From: Paecilomyces variotii
Taxonomy: Eukaryota
NCBI GenBank assembly: GCA_004022145.1
Contig: RCNU01000024.1
DNA: 51,259 nucleotides
Direction: 5' to 3' (one strand)
Shown here: in pieces, positions 1 to 13,522 of the stretch
Numbering within the stretch: the stretch's first letter is position 1
How the letters are laid out: each line of letters starts with the position of its first letter
Program-made: the position numbers and the translations under genes
The notes under the pieces: model-generated
The model's input: the letters and a program-made list of their open reading frames with translations, nothing else
Database searches by the model: none
What the model was told of the DNA's origin: nothing

Positions 1-572
1 GATAGGCCATCTGGAGAGGAATCGTGGAAAGATATGCTCTCTGTCTCTCTGCTCTTGTCTTCGTTCGTCTGTAAAACGGATATTCCTCTGCTGAGAAAAG
101 GTCCGTCGCGATTAATTGCTTCGTAAAAACCCCGCAGTCGTGGAGGGGGAGAATCCAGACCCTCAGGTGGTTCCGAAGTCGTTTCTCACCGGCTTCAACG
201 TCTTCGAAGCCAAGCGACTCTGCGGGCGTGTTTGGCTAACTCTAGACCCCTGATGGGCCGTACCCAGCACGTCGGTGGCGTTTGCCGACCGAATTGATGT
301 GGGCAAAGCAGGATTTCTTATCGAAGAAGGATAATAATAATGGAGCTCAGTGGGAAAAAAAGTTAGACGTTTCGGGTTCGACGATGTATAGTTGGTAGTT
401 ACATAGTGACCTGGGGCAACTGGCTGGACAGCATTCTAGACCTTCCTCTCAGCCATCACAGCCATCAGTCCTCACCTCTGCCTTTTGCCATTCCTTACTG
501 CTGCTTCTCCTCCTATCAGACGATTATCTAGACCTCTACAAACCGTATGCTGTAGTCGGTGCCGTACGGCGG

Positions 573-2735
573 ATGGCGATGACCTCTCTACCGCTGCGAT
601 CCAAGGCGGACGAGGAGGCGCGCCTCCGCAATCAACCTACCACGAGCAACACCGCTGCTGCTCCTCATTTGAATCTCCCTCTCGTGTTGACCCCGGAGTC
701 AGAAGAGGGAAGAGAACTCCATACCGATGATGATGAGCAACAACAAAAATCAGAAAAAAAGGCACACGCATCCGCAAAGGCCACGGACGAGACGACATCC
801 ACAGAAGACGATGGACCCTGGGCGCGCATCTTCGTCCGCACGCCAATCCCAACACTCGTTCTCGACGCAGACCTGGACATCATCCAGGTATCCGACAGCT
901 TCCTGGCGCTGTCAGGACATACTCGGGAAGAATGTCGGGGACGGAGCGTATTCGAGCTGACCAGCATCGGCATCCCCGCGGTCGGTCCCGCTGCCTACCG
1001 CAACACCATCTCGACAGCTATCGCCATCCGCGCTCCCCAGGTGATTGTGGACGTCGAATGGGCCGGTCACAGCCTCAGCAATCTACGGGTGACCCCCGTC
1101 CATGAGGGGGACAGGCTCTGCAACATCCTGATCGAGGTCCTCGACATCACAGAGATGGTGCCGCGACGGAGGCCTGGCCGGGAACAGCTCTACGTGAACG
1201 AGACCTACCGCATTCTTATCGATACCGTCAAGGACTATGCTATCTTCATGCTCGACACTGAGGGCTACGTGCTGACCTGGAACGCGGGCACCTCCATCCT
1301 CAAGGGATACAGCGCAGAAGACATCATCGGCCAGCACTTCTCCGTCTTCTACGGCCAGGAAGACCGAATCGCCGAGAAACCCAGGAAGGAGCTGGAGATC
1401 TGCAAGCGGGATGGCAAGGTCGAGGATGAAGGCTGGCGATACCGTAAAGATGGAACCCGTTTTTGGGCCAATGTCATGATCTTCCCCGTTCACCAGTGTG
1501 GCCGCCATGTCGGTTTCGCCAAAGTCACCCGCGACTTGACCCCCCGGAAGGCAGCAGAGGCACGCCTGATCACCGCCTACGAAGAGTCGTCTAATATGAA
1601 GACAGAATTTCTAGCCAACATGAGCCATGAGATCCGGACGCCGATGCATGGCATGCTGCTCGCCCTCACCCTCCTCTCCGGCACCGAGCTCTCCGAAAAT
1701 CAGAGAGAGTACGTCTCCATCATTGAAGAATCGGGCTCTATCCTGCTGCAGGTCATCAACGATGTGCTCGATTATTCAAAGCTGTCATCGGGCTCCTTCT
1801 CGATCAACGCAGATGTCCTCAGTGTCGAGGATGTGGTGGGATCGGTTGTGCGCAACTGCAGGTCCGCCCTGAAGCCGGGCGTTCAGCTAGAAACTATCAT
1901 TCAACCTAATCTCCCGAAACATCTCCGCGGTGATCCCCTGCGTTTCCGCCAGATCGTCCAGAACCTTGTTGCCAATGCTGTCAAGTTCACTGAGCAGGGA
2001 TATGTCCGCGTTCATGTCAGTTTCACCGAGGAATCGAAGGGTGACGGCTACATCGTCCGCTGCGAGGTAGTAGACAGCGGTATCGGTGTTCCTGAAGATG
2101 CCGTGAGCACCCTGTTTACCCCCTTTATGCGCTTTGCAAATACGACCCAGCAGCGCTATCAGGGCACCGGGCTAGGTCTCTCCATCTGCAAGAGTCTGGC
2201 GGAACTCATGGATGGCTCTGTGGGCTTTGTTTCGAACCCGGAGGGTCAGGGAAGTGTCTTCTGGCTGTCACTGCGACTAGAAACGCTGGAGACCAGCCAG
2301 TCGGACAAGCCGCAGCGCATGAATACCCCATCTCCAGACCCAAGCAGTGCCATCCGGGACGTAGCCCCCCGCAAGCAGCTGCTGCTAGTGGAGGACAACA
2401 CTGTCAACCAGACCATCATGCTGAAGCTGTTGAAGACTCTAGGATTCGAGCGGGTTGATGCGGCGTGGGATGGCGCAGAGGCTGTCTCACTGGTCCGGCA
2501 GAAACCCCTGTCCTATCACGCCATCCTTATGGACATCAATATGCCGGTCATGGATGGCATGCAAGCCACGCAGGAGATTCGAAAGATGAAGTCGGACATT
2601 CCAATAATTGCCATGACCGGGAACGCACTCAAAGGCGACGAGGAGACATATCTGGCTAAGGGGATGAACGATTACATCGCTAAACCCGTTAATCGGCAAC
2701 ATTTGATCAGAATTCTTTTAAGGTGGCTGGAATGA
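573..2735 (+). CDS. tcsA: Hybrid sensor histidine kinase (PAS-PAS-HisKA-HATPase-REC), TcsA/Fos-1-like
   Basis: Intronless 720-aa ORF. It has PAS/PAC segments (YAIFMLD...TWNAG...RKDGTRFWANV), H-box FLANMSHEIRTPMHG, N-box QNLVANAVKFT, G1/G2 boxes (DSGIG, GTGLGLSI) and a receiver (LLVEDN, LMDINMPVMDG, KP). The symbol is inferred from size and architecture. Confidence 0.9.
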   Translation: MAMTSLPLRSKADEEARLRNQPTTSNTAAAPHLNLPLVLTPESEEGRELHTDDDEQQQKSEKKAHASAKATDETTSTEDDGPWARIFVRTPIPTLVLDADLDIIQVSDSFLALSGHTREECRGRSVFELTSIGIPAVGPAAYRNTISTAIAIRAPQVIVDVEWAGHSLSNLRVTPVHEGDRLCNILIEVLDITEMVPRRRPGREQLYVNETYRILIDTVKDYAIFMLDTEGYVLTWNAGTSILKGYSAEDIIGQHFSVFYGQEDRIAEKPRKELEICKRDGKVEDEGWRYRKDGTRFWANVMIFPVHQCGRHVGFAKVTRDLTPRKAAEARLITAYEESSNMKTEFLANMSHEIRTPMHGMLLALTLLSGTELSENQREYVSIIEESGSILLQVINDVLDYSKLSSGSFSINADVLSVEDVVGSVVRNCRSALKPGVQLETIIQPNLPKHLRGDPLRFRQIVQNLVANAVKFTEQGYVRVHVSFTEESKGDGYIVRCEVVDSGIGVPEDAVSTLFTPFMRFANTTQQRYQGTGLGLSICKSLAELMDGSVGFVSNPEGQGSVFWLSLRLETLETSQSDKPQRMNTPSPDPSSAIRDVAPRKQLLLVEDNTVNQTIMLKLLKTLGFERVDAAWDGAEAVSLVRQKPLSYHAILMDINMPVMDGMQATQEIRKMKSDIPIIAMTGNALKGDEETYLAKGMNDYIAKPVNRQHLIRILLRWLE

Positions 2736-3406
2736 CGGGTTGCTTTCAGGTAGCTTCAGTGTCTTCTCGACACTCTTCTTGCAGCATTTCTTTTTTCCCC
2801 CAGATTATGCAAGCGTGTCCGCAGTGGACCGCCGATTATGTTATATGCCAATTTCCCGGTCATCAGCTATTTAGCTGTTCTTTTGTCAACGCCACTGTTG
2901 ACCTGATGACGGAGCGGTATGTCGCTTCGTTTCAAGCGTCATGGCGGAGGTCTCTTTTCTACCTGGCTCCCTTTTCCTTCGTCTGCTGCATTGACTCGTG
3001 GAGACACCCATACAGTGGTTTGTCATCCCATTCTGCACGAATACAATTAGGACATAGGTTTTATTCGGAGTTTGTTGGTTGCATCTGACGGGCGCTTTTT
3101 CGTAATGTCTGACGTGACGCTCCCGGTGGTTTCATGAAGTCATGTGTTATGTACAGTACTGGTTTTCTCAAGTGTTGATATCACCTACGTTGGCCTCTTG
3201 AACTGGACCAATGCCATATCCGGATTATTTTCATCTTTATACTTTCCATACGAGGTTTATCTCTTTCAAAACTGCTATATATTGTACATCTGGTCCTTAT
3301 CAATATGGATATCTGTTCATAACGTATAAGGTATAGATTCCTTAGTATATAAAGTAACTCCTAGCTCAAGAGACACAGACGTATGACGAAGAAGAAATGA
3401 AACTTC

Positions 3407-4441
3407 CTACTTGCTGTACTTGGTGACAAAAGAGATCAATGCATTGTCGACTTCCTTAGGGTGGGATGCACTCAGGAAGTGAGCGCCGCCTTCGATGGTC
3501 ACCAGCTGTGCGTCGGGGGAGTTCTTGAACAACTTGATCTCGTGCTGGGCGTTGGCTACGGAATACACAGCATCCTTGGTACCCTGCGGTTATCTTAGCG
3601 TCAGCACTCTTATCGCTGGACTAAGCAGGGATTGCAGCAGCAACAACCCCCAATAAGGCCAATACTCACATGCAGCCACATCACCGGGCATCGCACATCC
3701 CACACACGAGAATGCAGCCCATCGCGCTCCGAAAGGTTGATTGCAGCCATGCGGATTCTTCTGCGGCCGTCGTCGCCACGGTAGTTCTCTCGAATCCTGT
3801 TGCGCCAGTACTCGCGTGTCTCCTTGGGACAGTCCTTGTTGAAACCAATGTCGACCAGGAAGTCGCAGTATTCAAGGTGCGGCTCGAAATCCGGGGTCGA
3901 CTCGTTGGTCGTCCAACGCTCGATGTTTGGACGGAGATCACCGGGGCCGTCCCAGCACTTGAGCTGGCGGGTGCGTTCGGATTCATAATCCAGAGAGGTT
4001 CCCAGGGGGATGATACCGGCGATCTGTACATTCGTCTCAGCAAGGGCTGTTCTAGAATAATGCGAATAAACTGTATACCTTCTCCGGCCTTAGCAGTGCC
4101 ATCCGCACCGTGATCCAGCCACCCTGACTCGTGCCCAGCACGAAAGCCTTGTCGATACCAAGGGCGTCCAGCACCTGCAAGTTCATCTCGGCCGTGTCCC
4201 AATAAGTCCAGTTCTCACGCTTGGTGCGAGTCTGGCCGTGGCCTAGCAGCTCAATAGCCAACAGGTTCATGGTGTCGGTCAATTCCTTGTTGCCATACTG
4301 TTCGCGGTAGAGCTCTGAGTCAGTCGTGAACGAATTCACCAGCACCAGAGTTGGCTTCTTTGGGTCATATGGGTAGGGCATCTGGTAGGAGGCATCGATG
4401 CCCCCAAGATGGGGGACGTGGACGATCTTGGTGTTCGGCAT
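3407..4441 (-). CDS. Alpha/beta-fold hydrolase (3 exons)
   Basis: Exons 4441-4079, 4023-3670 and 3583-3407 are joined by GT-AG introns. Nucleophile elbow GTSQGG, acid motif HGTKD, catalytic His in GGAHFL, TAG at 3407-3409. Confidence 0.88.
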
Positions 4442-6796
4442 GGTCAATTACGACAACGAATTGGGGTATATAGGGTAGTCTTCGAGAGGATTAATATGTC
4501 CGGTTACTCAAGTAAGACTGGCAAACAGGCCCGTCCGTGGTCATTATATAGCTCCCACTTGGGGGCCCTCCTGGGATCGGGTGGGAGGACCGAGGACTTC
4601 TGAACGAGTATTATTAACTCGCATTGCTGTCCGGTGTCCGCACACCCAAGTAACGAGCTTCCATTGGGAGGATCATCTACCTACCCCGCTCGTTCTGGGT
4701 CATGCCCCTCGTGCTGTGGATATATGTACATGATGTAACTGGGTTCCGCCGGTACCGGGGATGAAGATGATAAATTCTCCAAATTCTCCAGAGAAAATCT
4801 TCAAGATTACTGACTAATCAACCAGCAACCCCGGAGATTATTCCCGAAAGTCTGGGGAGCGTAAGACCTATCTGGATCCATATCGAGGACGACGAGATGA
4901 CGAACGGTCGGGTTTCCGAGCTTTCAACAAGGATTCTGGACGGATCCGACACCAGGGAGTGCCAGGTTCGGATCGAGATGACAGAGTGCGGGGTAGCTAG
5001 GTAGCTGGGTTGGTTATGTTAGTTTTTTCTCCTCATTCTTGATAAGCTTAATTGTTGATGTTTGACCCTTTCATTCGCAGATGTGCCGTTTCCAGCGCAG
5101 TGGTTACCTCGGGAAATAGTTTTATTATTGTCGGCGACTCGATCCGCCGGCCCGGATGCCGATATTGGGAGCATCTATTATTAATCCTTCTTGATCGTCC
5201 TCATTTTCGTTATTATTATTGCTGTTGTTTTTTCAGCGGACTGCTGCTGTTTATCTCACTGAAGGTCCTCAATAACGGCGGTCCATATATTAACCCACCC
5301 TAGATAATTCTCTTCCGACCGATGAGACGGACCTCTTGATCTCCAGCAGCCTGCTTCTCCTGTATGTTCTGATCCTAGTAGACAGGGGGGTAAAGGAGGG
5401 AAGTTCTTGTGGGGTCAAAGAGGAGAAAGGAGCGTATCGCAAACGGCTGAAACTTGACAACAACCATGCAGGATCATGCAAGGCAGACCAGACCATACAT
5501 CAAGAATGTTTGAACATGACAGGGTGCAGTAATAATCAGTTGCAATTAAAGCAGGGAAATGATGGATTATGGTTTTAACATTATTACTATGGAAAAAGGA
5601 TGCTACAGTGGGAGAGTCGAGCTTCACGCACAACTAGTGTTTACACGTCATCTAAGCCCTTCGAGCGCGATTGTTCGACTATTCTGTAAATAATTGTTCG
5701 ATAGAACGCTATATGGTTTGCTGTGGCTGTCTGAGTGTAGAACTGTCTGCACACAGCTTATTGCTCTGCCCCGTCATCATGGTCCCTTCCGAATAGATCG
5801 ACTAACTACATGATAGATCCTTGACCGCATCGTATATGGCGCCGCTGTCAACCACCATCAACTATATTTACATAATGCCAAGAGCAGCACGAAGCATACT
5901 CATAGACAACAGTATTATTTTGTTGCCGGCTTTCGTATCTGTGATTAAAACGAGGTTAGCTGTTTCGGCTCTACTTGTGGGGTTCTGCGCTGCCCCCTTG
6001 CGTCGTCACTTTTGTTAGAATACGTTCAATATGCCCCCTATCATTTTTCGTGCCTGATGCACATGCATATGCATCTATATATATGTCTATATATAGAACG
6101 TATTCAGAGTCACAAATTATATTTTATGCCGACAATAACAGTCATACATAAGTTGTCAGGTTGCATCTGAAGACTGATATCGCGTCCTCTTATCGATCGC
6201 TACTTTATCTACTGAGGAATTGTATTTCGGTGCCCCTAGGGGCTCCAGTAGTGGTCGCCCGCGCCAGCAGCCAGCTTAGTCAGCAGAGTAGTGGCCAGAT
6301 AGTTCAGCTCGATTGAGCTCCTAGATAGTTGCACAATCAAGCATCTTCATCTCCTAGCTTCGCGTGCCCGAGATTGTACGCCCCATATTGTGGAGTCCTG
6401 TGCTAAATGCATGACAGGAGACCTAGATAACGGGTCTACTTATGATGATCAACATAAGTACCACTGGTCCAGGCCAAATGGGGCTCTGTGATTTCCACTT
6501 GTCAGTGTTATCTCAGTTTATAGAACGAGTACCCCCTAGTTATCAAGATGTTACATGCTAGACGATACTGAGTGACATTGAAATTTTTGAATAGACATCT
6601 TGTATTAAGACACAAAAACTATGTTTCCATTTCAGGTCCTCCGGATACAAATGTACGACATAGCTTCGAAGTTATTATATCCAGAAAATACCAAAATACA
6701 AACGGACCCGAAGTAAATATCCGCCATAGTCCCAACACTATTTAACCCAGAATGAATATCGTTCCCACTTCCATGACGCTAAATCACGGGCATCGC

Positions 6797-8075
6797 TTAG
6801 AACTGGAAGACAGCAGCCAGGAGGACACCGAAAGCCATGGTGACGGCGGGCAGCTGGAGGCTCTGGCCAGCACCAGTGAACGCGGGAGCGGCGGGAGAAG
6901 GAGAAGGAGAGGATGAAGAAGCAGGAGAAGCAAAGGGGGATGGCTTGATGTAGCTACCAGTGGCAGCGGGAGCCTTGGGGCCACCGGGGATGATAGCACT
7001 GCCCATGGGGTAGGGGGCGGTAGCGAAGGTCGAGGGACCGGCGACAGACGAAACACCGACGGACGAAGGACCGGCAGGCGAGGCAGTGACAGACGAAGCA
7101 CCGGCAGGCGAAGCAGGGACAGACGGTGCAGGAGTGAACGAGGCACCGGCAGCAGTAGAAGAACCGCTCAATGGGCAGTCGTAAATGGTGTTCTTGAGAG
7201 TGTCGGTGACAGATCCGCCAGCGACGGTCTGCGCAGGGGCAGAGGGTGCTGAAGTAGTGCTGGAGCCAGAGGACTGCTTGCACTTAGCCTCACCCAGAGC
7301 AGCAATGCAGGCATTGAGAGGGACATCGACCAGACCGCCGTTGCCGCTAGCCTTCTGCTGGCACTCGGCCTCACCCAGGACAGCAGCGCAGACGTTGACA
7401 GGAAGGCTGATCAAGCTGCCGGAGCCAGAGCCGCCGGCGCTGGCGGTCTGCTTGCACTTGGCCTCACCCAGAGCAGCAACGCAGGCGTTCAGAGGGACAT
7501 CAACCAAGCCGCCACTGGTAGTAGCCTTCTGCTTACATTCGGCCTCACCGAGGATGCCTGCGCAGGCGTTGACGGGAACGCTGACCAGGCTGCCGGAGCT
7601 GCCCGAGCTTGAAGAAGTAGTCTTCTGCTGGCACTTGGCCTCTCCCAGAACGCCCAGGCAGGCGTTGAGAGGGATGTCGATCAGACCGCCGTTGTCAGTG
7701 GTCCTCTGCTTGCACTCGACGTCACCGAGAACAGCAAGGCAGACGTTGAGGGGAACACTGATCAAGCTGCCAGAGCCTCCAGAGGTGGATGACTGCTTGC
7801 ACTTGGTCTCACCCAGAGCAGCAACACAGGTGTTGAGGGGAACGGAGATGAGGCCGTTGGAAGCAGTCTTTTGCTGGCAAGCGGCGTCACCCAGGATACC
7901 GGCGCAGAGGTCGACAGGGACCGAGATCAGACTGTCGGTAGTGGGGAGCAGCTAGATTATGGATATCAGCTTCTGATCCATTACAATCGAAGTCATATGG
8001 TTCTGTTCATACCGAAGCGGTGGCAGATCCAGCAACTGCCAAGCCGGCTGCAACAATAGAAGTAGAGGTTCTCAT
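6797..8075 (-). CDS. Secreted, probably GPI-anchored cell-surface protein with eight 2-Cys repeats and a Ser/Pro/Ala-rich stalk (~405 aa)
   Basis: Exon 1 (8075-8013) encodes the signal peptide MRTSTSIVAAGLAVAGSATAS. Intron 8012-7952 (GTATGA...TAG). Exon 2 (7951-6797) is in frame with the 322-aa ORF and ends in a GPI-type signal, AFTGAGQSLQLPAVTMAFGVLLAAVFQF. Confidence 0.85.
7274..7930 (-). repeat. Eight coding tandem repeats, consensus L(I/V)(S/D)VP(L/V)NxCxxxLG(E/D)AxC(K/Q)Q, with Gly/Ser/Thr linkers
   Basis: Read from the translation, e.g. LISVPVDLCAGILGDAACQQ, LVSVPVNACAGILGEAECKQ, LVDVPLNACVAALGEAKCKQ, LISLPVNVCAAVLGEAECQQ. Confidence 0.9.
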
Positions 8076-11000
8076 TGTGGAATGAAGGAGATAAGAAGGA
8101 TCGGGTGAAGATCGAAGAATAGTGGTCTGAAAGCAATATTCGACAAACGAATGGCAGCTAAGATTACTTAGCGAAAAGAGTGACTGCTGAAATCAGCGAA
8201 AGAAAGCGACCCGAAGGAAAGGCTGGAGTTTCTGGATGAGAACGAGATGGAAAAACAGACCGAAGACGGGGAGATCTCGACCAATTTGTATGAGCCGTTG
8301 GGCTATCTCAAGGATACAGGGAGATCGGATGTCCAGCCCATGGTGCCGATCCATGAAGTCCAGAACACTCTTCCCCTTCCTCCTACGGCTGCATGGGTCC
8401 TTGGGGATATGCAGGTACAACCGCCATCAGAACCGCCGGCGCCCGGATAAGGATGGTCTGATGCTGAGCCTCCTTTCATTATTCTTCCCCCTGCCAGGTT
8501 AGCGGTTGCACAAAGAGCAGACGGCCCCTGTCATTACGCCCTTGTACATACAGAAGTGCCGAGAACCATATGCTGGAGAGCAGCGAAGATGGCTTTTCAC
8601 CACCATTACTGACCATACATGGTTTGTAGGTGAGACGCCTCTAACAGCAAGGAGCTGAGATCGATCAATGTAATAACCAACCAGTGTCTTTCTATAAAGC
8701 CTTATCTCAGCCACCGCGCATGGCACTGATGTGTGTTTTTCTCCGTATCCATCTTTCCACAAGGGCGATCCTGCAATTAATTACTTGCGTAGCTCTCCTT
8801 GGGCAATATTCTGGACGTGCAAGAACAGTTCAATAGCGTCCGTCGCTACGAGAAGTGCCCCGCATGGGCTGTAGTGCTAACCACTAACGGGATGATCATC
8901 GCTAGGCTGGAAGAATTAACCAGTTGTTTAAGCATATTGACGCGCGAACGCGACAAGGACTCAACTCACTAGGCGAAGTCAATTCTCCGCTTCGAAAGGG
9001 GGACGTGGAGAGGCTCTATCAAGTTCGCCTCAAAGATGGGGCCGACTCTGTCCTGCAGTCCTGGCTTACTTTCGCACAGAGTTGGAGAGTATCACTGCGC
9101 AGGAACTATAATCTCACACATTATTAGCACGTATAGCCCGCAGAGTCGACATAAGATCCTTGAAGATAGCGAGCGTGAAGGGGAAATTGAAAACTAGACT
9201 GACCACCCTTGCTGGTTTACCGCATCCATTTGGCCCAGGAGAATGACCGCTGAGAAAGGCCTGGAAAAAGGCTTTATTTCGGGTTAACGGTATCTAGATA
9301 CTCCGTAGGCAGAGAGCAAACAGTCAACCTGTGCCGTCTGCTGACCGCAATTGAGCGATGTTGAGATCGGCGTCTTAGGGTCTCCCAAGGCCTTGTCATA
9401 TCAAGGATTGCGGTCCGTCCGTCAGCATCAACCGCTAGAAGTGGATTAGACTAGTCTGGTTTGATAACGGACCTGTCTCCTGTCGAGCCCTGATCTCGGG
9501 CTGGACCATGCGCGAAAGTCGGTCGCTCCTGATGCTGTCTAAGGATGGCGCTCAAATTATCGAACTTGGCAGTTCAAGAGAATACGAAGGCGAATCCAGG
9601 TTACAGAGCGGTGCCCAGGGGAGGTGCGAGTCAGTTAGTCTAACTGATTCAAGTATAGATACCCCAGAGAAGCAAAGGGGTTGCGTACAGTACCTGACCT
9701 TCCCCACCGATCCCTTGCTCCCAATATCAGTAGATAATAATGTCTATCATTTAATTATGGTAGTCTCCCCCGGCTTGGCGTCATCGTGGCCGGATGCTTT
9801 AATTAATTTATCCTCACCGCCTGCTTGGGGAAACAGATTTCTCAGCGCACTAACTACTCCGTAGGTAGCTATTATTATTACTACTACAAAAGCATGGGAT
9901 AGAATAGTTAGTAGGAGCGAGGGAGGCGCTCGAGAAATCAGGTCGCCGGAAGACTCCCTGAAGGACTATAGACTATCTATGCTGTGTTATCACTGCAGTG
10001 CCACTAGATAGATTTAATACCTTCTCTAAGCAGTCTCAATTTCAATGTTGAGGTCCGGAAGCTATTCTACGAATATGTGTAAGTTTCACGCGCATCAGCT
10101 TTTGCTAATTAGGCCTTTTCCATAGGCTGGCCCGGTAATGTTTCACTGTCACACAGTTAGCTACTCCGTAGTCCGTAATAATGTTGGGAAGTTGGAGATT
10201 TAGTTGACTCAATGCCATAATGTAAGAATGCCTGCATCTTCACTCCAAGCGAAAACAATGAAGATGTAGTGAAGTAGCTACCTCACACTTCCTAGCGAAG
10301 TCGCGCATGTTTCTGTATGTTCCCATGATGTACCTAGTCCTGTTCCTGATTGAACGGCGAACTACCGGAAAAACCCGGCTAAGTCTGCATGCGCCACCAA
10401 GTCTTTTGGTTCTTTGTTTATTTCCAAATGCAGCTTCGGATCGCAACCACCACTGCACCTACATGCACAAGGCAGGGAACCATTTGGGATTTATTACTGG
10501 TCCCTTCTTCAAGTCACAGACAGGCAACTCTTTACGAGGGCCATCTTTTAAGAACATTTTCCGATATCCGGCTTACGGGGCTGCATCATGGGCAGGAAGC
10601 CCGAACTTTGTTCTCAACAACCAAGAAACTCAATGGAAGTAGTAGTCCAGGTTTTGTCTCGGCTGGACTGCCCCGCAGCCGAAGTAGGTCCTAGACACTC
10701 AGCTCTTTCGGCTACAGCGTGTGCTACCAGATCCTCTAACAGTAGGATTTGGTATTTCGGAACTTCTGACATATGTTAGAGTGCAGCGAGAAAATGTTAA
10801 CTCAGTAAAAATCTCAGGCCTTCTATGCAGAGCGAAATGATATCTACACAAATTGGAAAATTCCTGTGAGGTGTTGACAATACAACTAACGTGCCCAATC
10901 AGAAGTTGAGCTTAGACCCAGAGAGAAGTACATCATCCTACATTCATCCTACATTCAAAGTGGCAGAACTAAGCACAGTCCCCTCGTCAGATTTTGTGCT

Positions 11001-13522
11001 AATTTCTATATCAGTCTCTGGTCGTGATGCTCATCATCAACGATAGGTTCTTATAAACAATATACCTGAGACGATGAGACTGCTGAAGCCGGAACGATCT
11101 CCCTACGTTGCCCATAGGTCTTCGAAAGACATCAACAAACGGAGTCTATGCTATACTGTTCCTGTTTGCGTAGGTTCAGCGGTATATCCGTCTACGTTTC
11201 GCTGCGCTATTCGATTTGGAAAAGCACTACTTAGATAAACCGACTCAACCCCGCGTATTTACGCTCCCCTTATGCTCGGAGCATACTACCTGATTCTGCA
11301 GTAAAACGTGGCACAGAGCCTTGTAGAAACAGAGCCTTGTAGCTTCCAGAAGTATCGACACGTCCCGCGACCTAGACTTATTTTCACTGCAGGTATTCGC
11401 ACTCAATGGCTGTGATCATCTTGGACTTCGCAACGCCTCTTAAAGGTCTTCGTCTGTGACCTGGGCTTCATCGGCTGATTGAGAGAACGGCTGGCTACGG
11501 GAAAGAGACCTAACGTCGGTTGCGAATAATATTTGGAAGCAGAGTTCACAATACTTGAACCTCTTGGGAATTGAAGATATGCTTCCCTTTATTTTCGTTC
11601 AGCCAAGAGCCAGCCAAATGCGAGATGTATCGAGGATTGGATGCAGCAAGACTTTATGAATAAGCTAGATATCGTGTTACAACAGCGAGTCATGGAAGCA
11701 AAAAGTCATCTCGACAGGCTGAAGCTGCCCGCTGTTTGGATTTATTCACAGGATCGGGCTATTTATCTCTGAACGCAGCTTTCTGAGGCAAAGACGAGGG
11801 CGAACATCTCCTGCAGGAGCTCCATTGCTAGTTAGGGAGTCTCTGAGAGATCATGCCGAACTACCCAGAAAGGGCAGTTAGTCGCTTTCTCCTATGTAGA
11901 ATCCAGGGAAGACCCGACCTTATACTTCTGACTAGAAGTACTAGATCCTTATGGTGTCAGCTATAAACGTCGATTGGACTAGTCGCCTGAACAGTAATTC
12001 ATAAGTGCTGATAGCCTTTCTCTCTATAGGGGTCTAACAGTAGTTCCACAATTTAGTGGGTACCACGTGGTGACAATATGTTGTGAGATACTGAATCAGG
12101 ATATTTCTAGGAACGCTTGTTCTCAATAGATACGTCCTGCTATATTGTGACTATAGAACTCATACTATCTATAATTAAAGAGGTTGTGTTTACAGTTCTT
12201 ATGGAATACTCTACAGAGACTACGTAAACATTACAGCGACATAGAGCTAGTTAATATAAATGTCTCCACTTTTTAGAAATGCCGTAAATTATATATACAT
12301 ATCTGGACTCCCAAGAATCATTGAAGTTGGACGTCAGCCCTCGGAGACAGGGTATCTATATTAGCTACCGCAATACTTGAAAGCCTTTCAGAAGAGAAGG
12401 AGGACATATACTACTTACGCTCCAGGAAAACAGACTAGCTGGCTTCACTTCTGACTTTTCCAGGGATAAGGAATCTAGAAAATCAACCCCAAATAGCTCT
12501 CAAAGGGCACAGTCTGGGATTCTCCCAATCCCTAGCATAGTTACACATTGATAAATGAAACGAACTATCTCCTAGTTATTGGGTGAGGCAGCACATTAAA
12601 GTGTCCGCCGTGAACAACGATATGGGTTTAACAATAATTAAACTTCATGCAGCCCCAGAGTAGATGCCAAGGTTTCCCTAAAATTAAAAAAATCCCAATG
12701 GCAAGGGAGCAATGATATATTTTGAGCTTCTAACAAATAACGATTAGTTGCTTGCTTGTTTTATTCGGGTAGGCCTGGGGGACGTTGGTCCCTATTTACC
12801 TCGTGATTACATAGAGAGTGTAGATGCGAAGGATCTAGAAAATTAGATCGAGTCCTAAAGGACAGGGAAGCAACGACCTGACTTGAGTCTCCTAGCTAGG
12901 CAGCTAGGTTGCTTGACTTGCTTCGTTTTAGATACAGGGAGGAGACTAATTCTGCATTTATCTCCTATAGCATATAAAGAATCTAGATCCTAGTTATCAA
13001 GTAGGTTCTATACCAAAGAACCTGCTGCAAATGGATGATATGACAGATTACCTGCACACTCTTGTGTGCGCCGACAAATTATAATATAGGAATAGTTAAA
13101 TGCAGACGGAGGGTATAACAGGTCCCTATGCATGCAGGCGAAGTCTGGAAAGCTCGACATCCAAGAGGTGCCAGAGGACGCCGGAGGGAAAATTGAATGT
13201 CGTGCTATCAGTTCGCGCCTAATAGAAACAGCAGACAGATGGTATCGCATGTATGGATCTCAGCCAGAATGATCATAGAGTACGTATAGGAAAAGAGTAG
13301 CTCTGCCGTATAAGCATTTTCAGGATTTAATCTCACGACGATTAATTCACCTCTCGTCTTTAAGACATCTTTATGATACCTATAAAATTTGGCTTCGGAT
13401 CACATATCTAGAAAGCAATATTACTGGAGATTTGCGAATGTGTATAGTTTCATGGCGAGGGTTCTGCTACGCAAGTTGTCAGGGCCTTTGAAACAATGCA
13501 TTGAATCTCCGTGCATCATCTT

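Noticed and set aside
573-2735. Recent bacterial transfer of the intronless, bacterial-looking histidine kinase
   Set aside because: The architecture matches the known fungal TcsA/Fos-1 class, and there is no compositional anomaly.
7274-7930. Possible CRISPR-like repeat-spacer array or hydrophobin
   Set aside because: The repeats are in-frame coding units varying at synonymous sites in a eukaryotic gene, and the Cys spacing lacks the hydrophobin CC pairs.
7185-7955. 256-aa repetitive ORF on the + strand
   Set aside because: Antisense shadow of the repeat surface protein, which has the signal peptide, intron and GPI signal.
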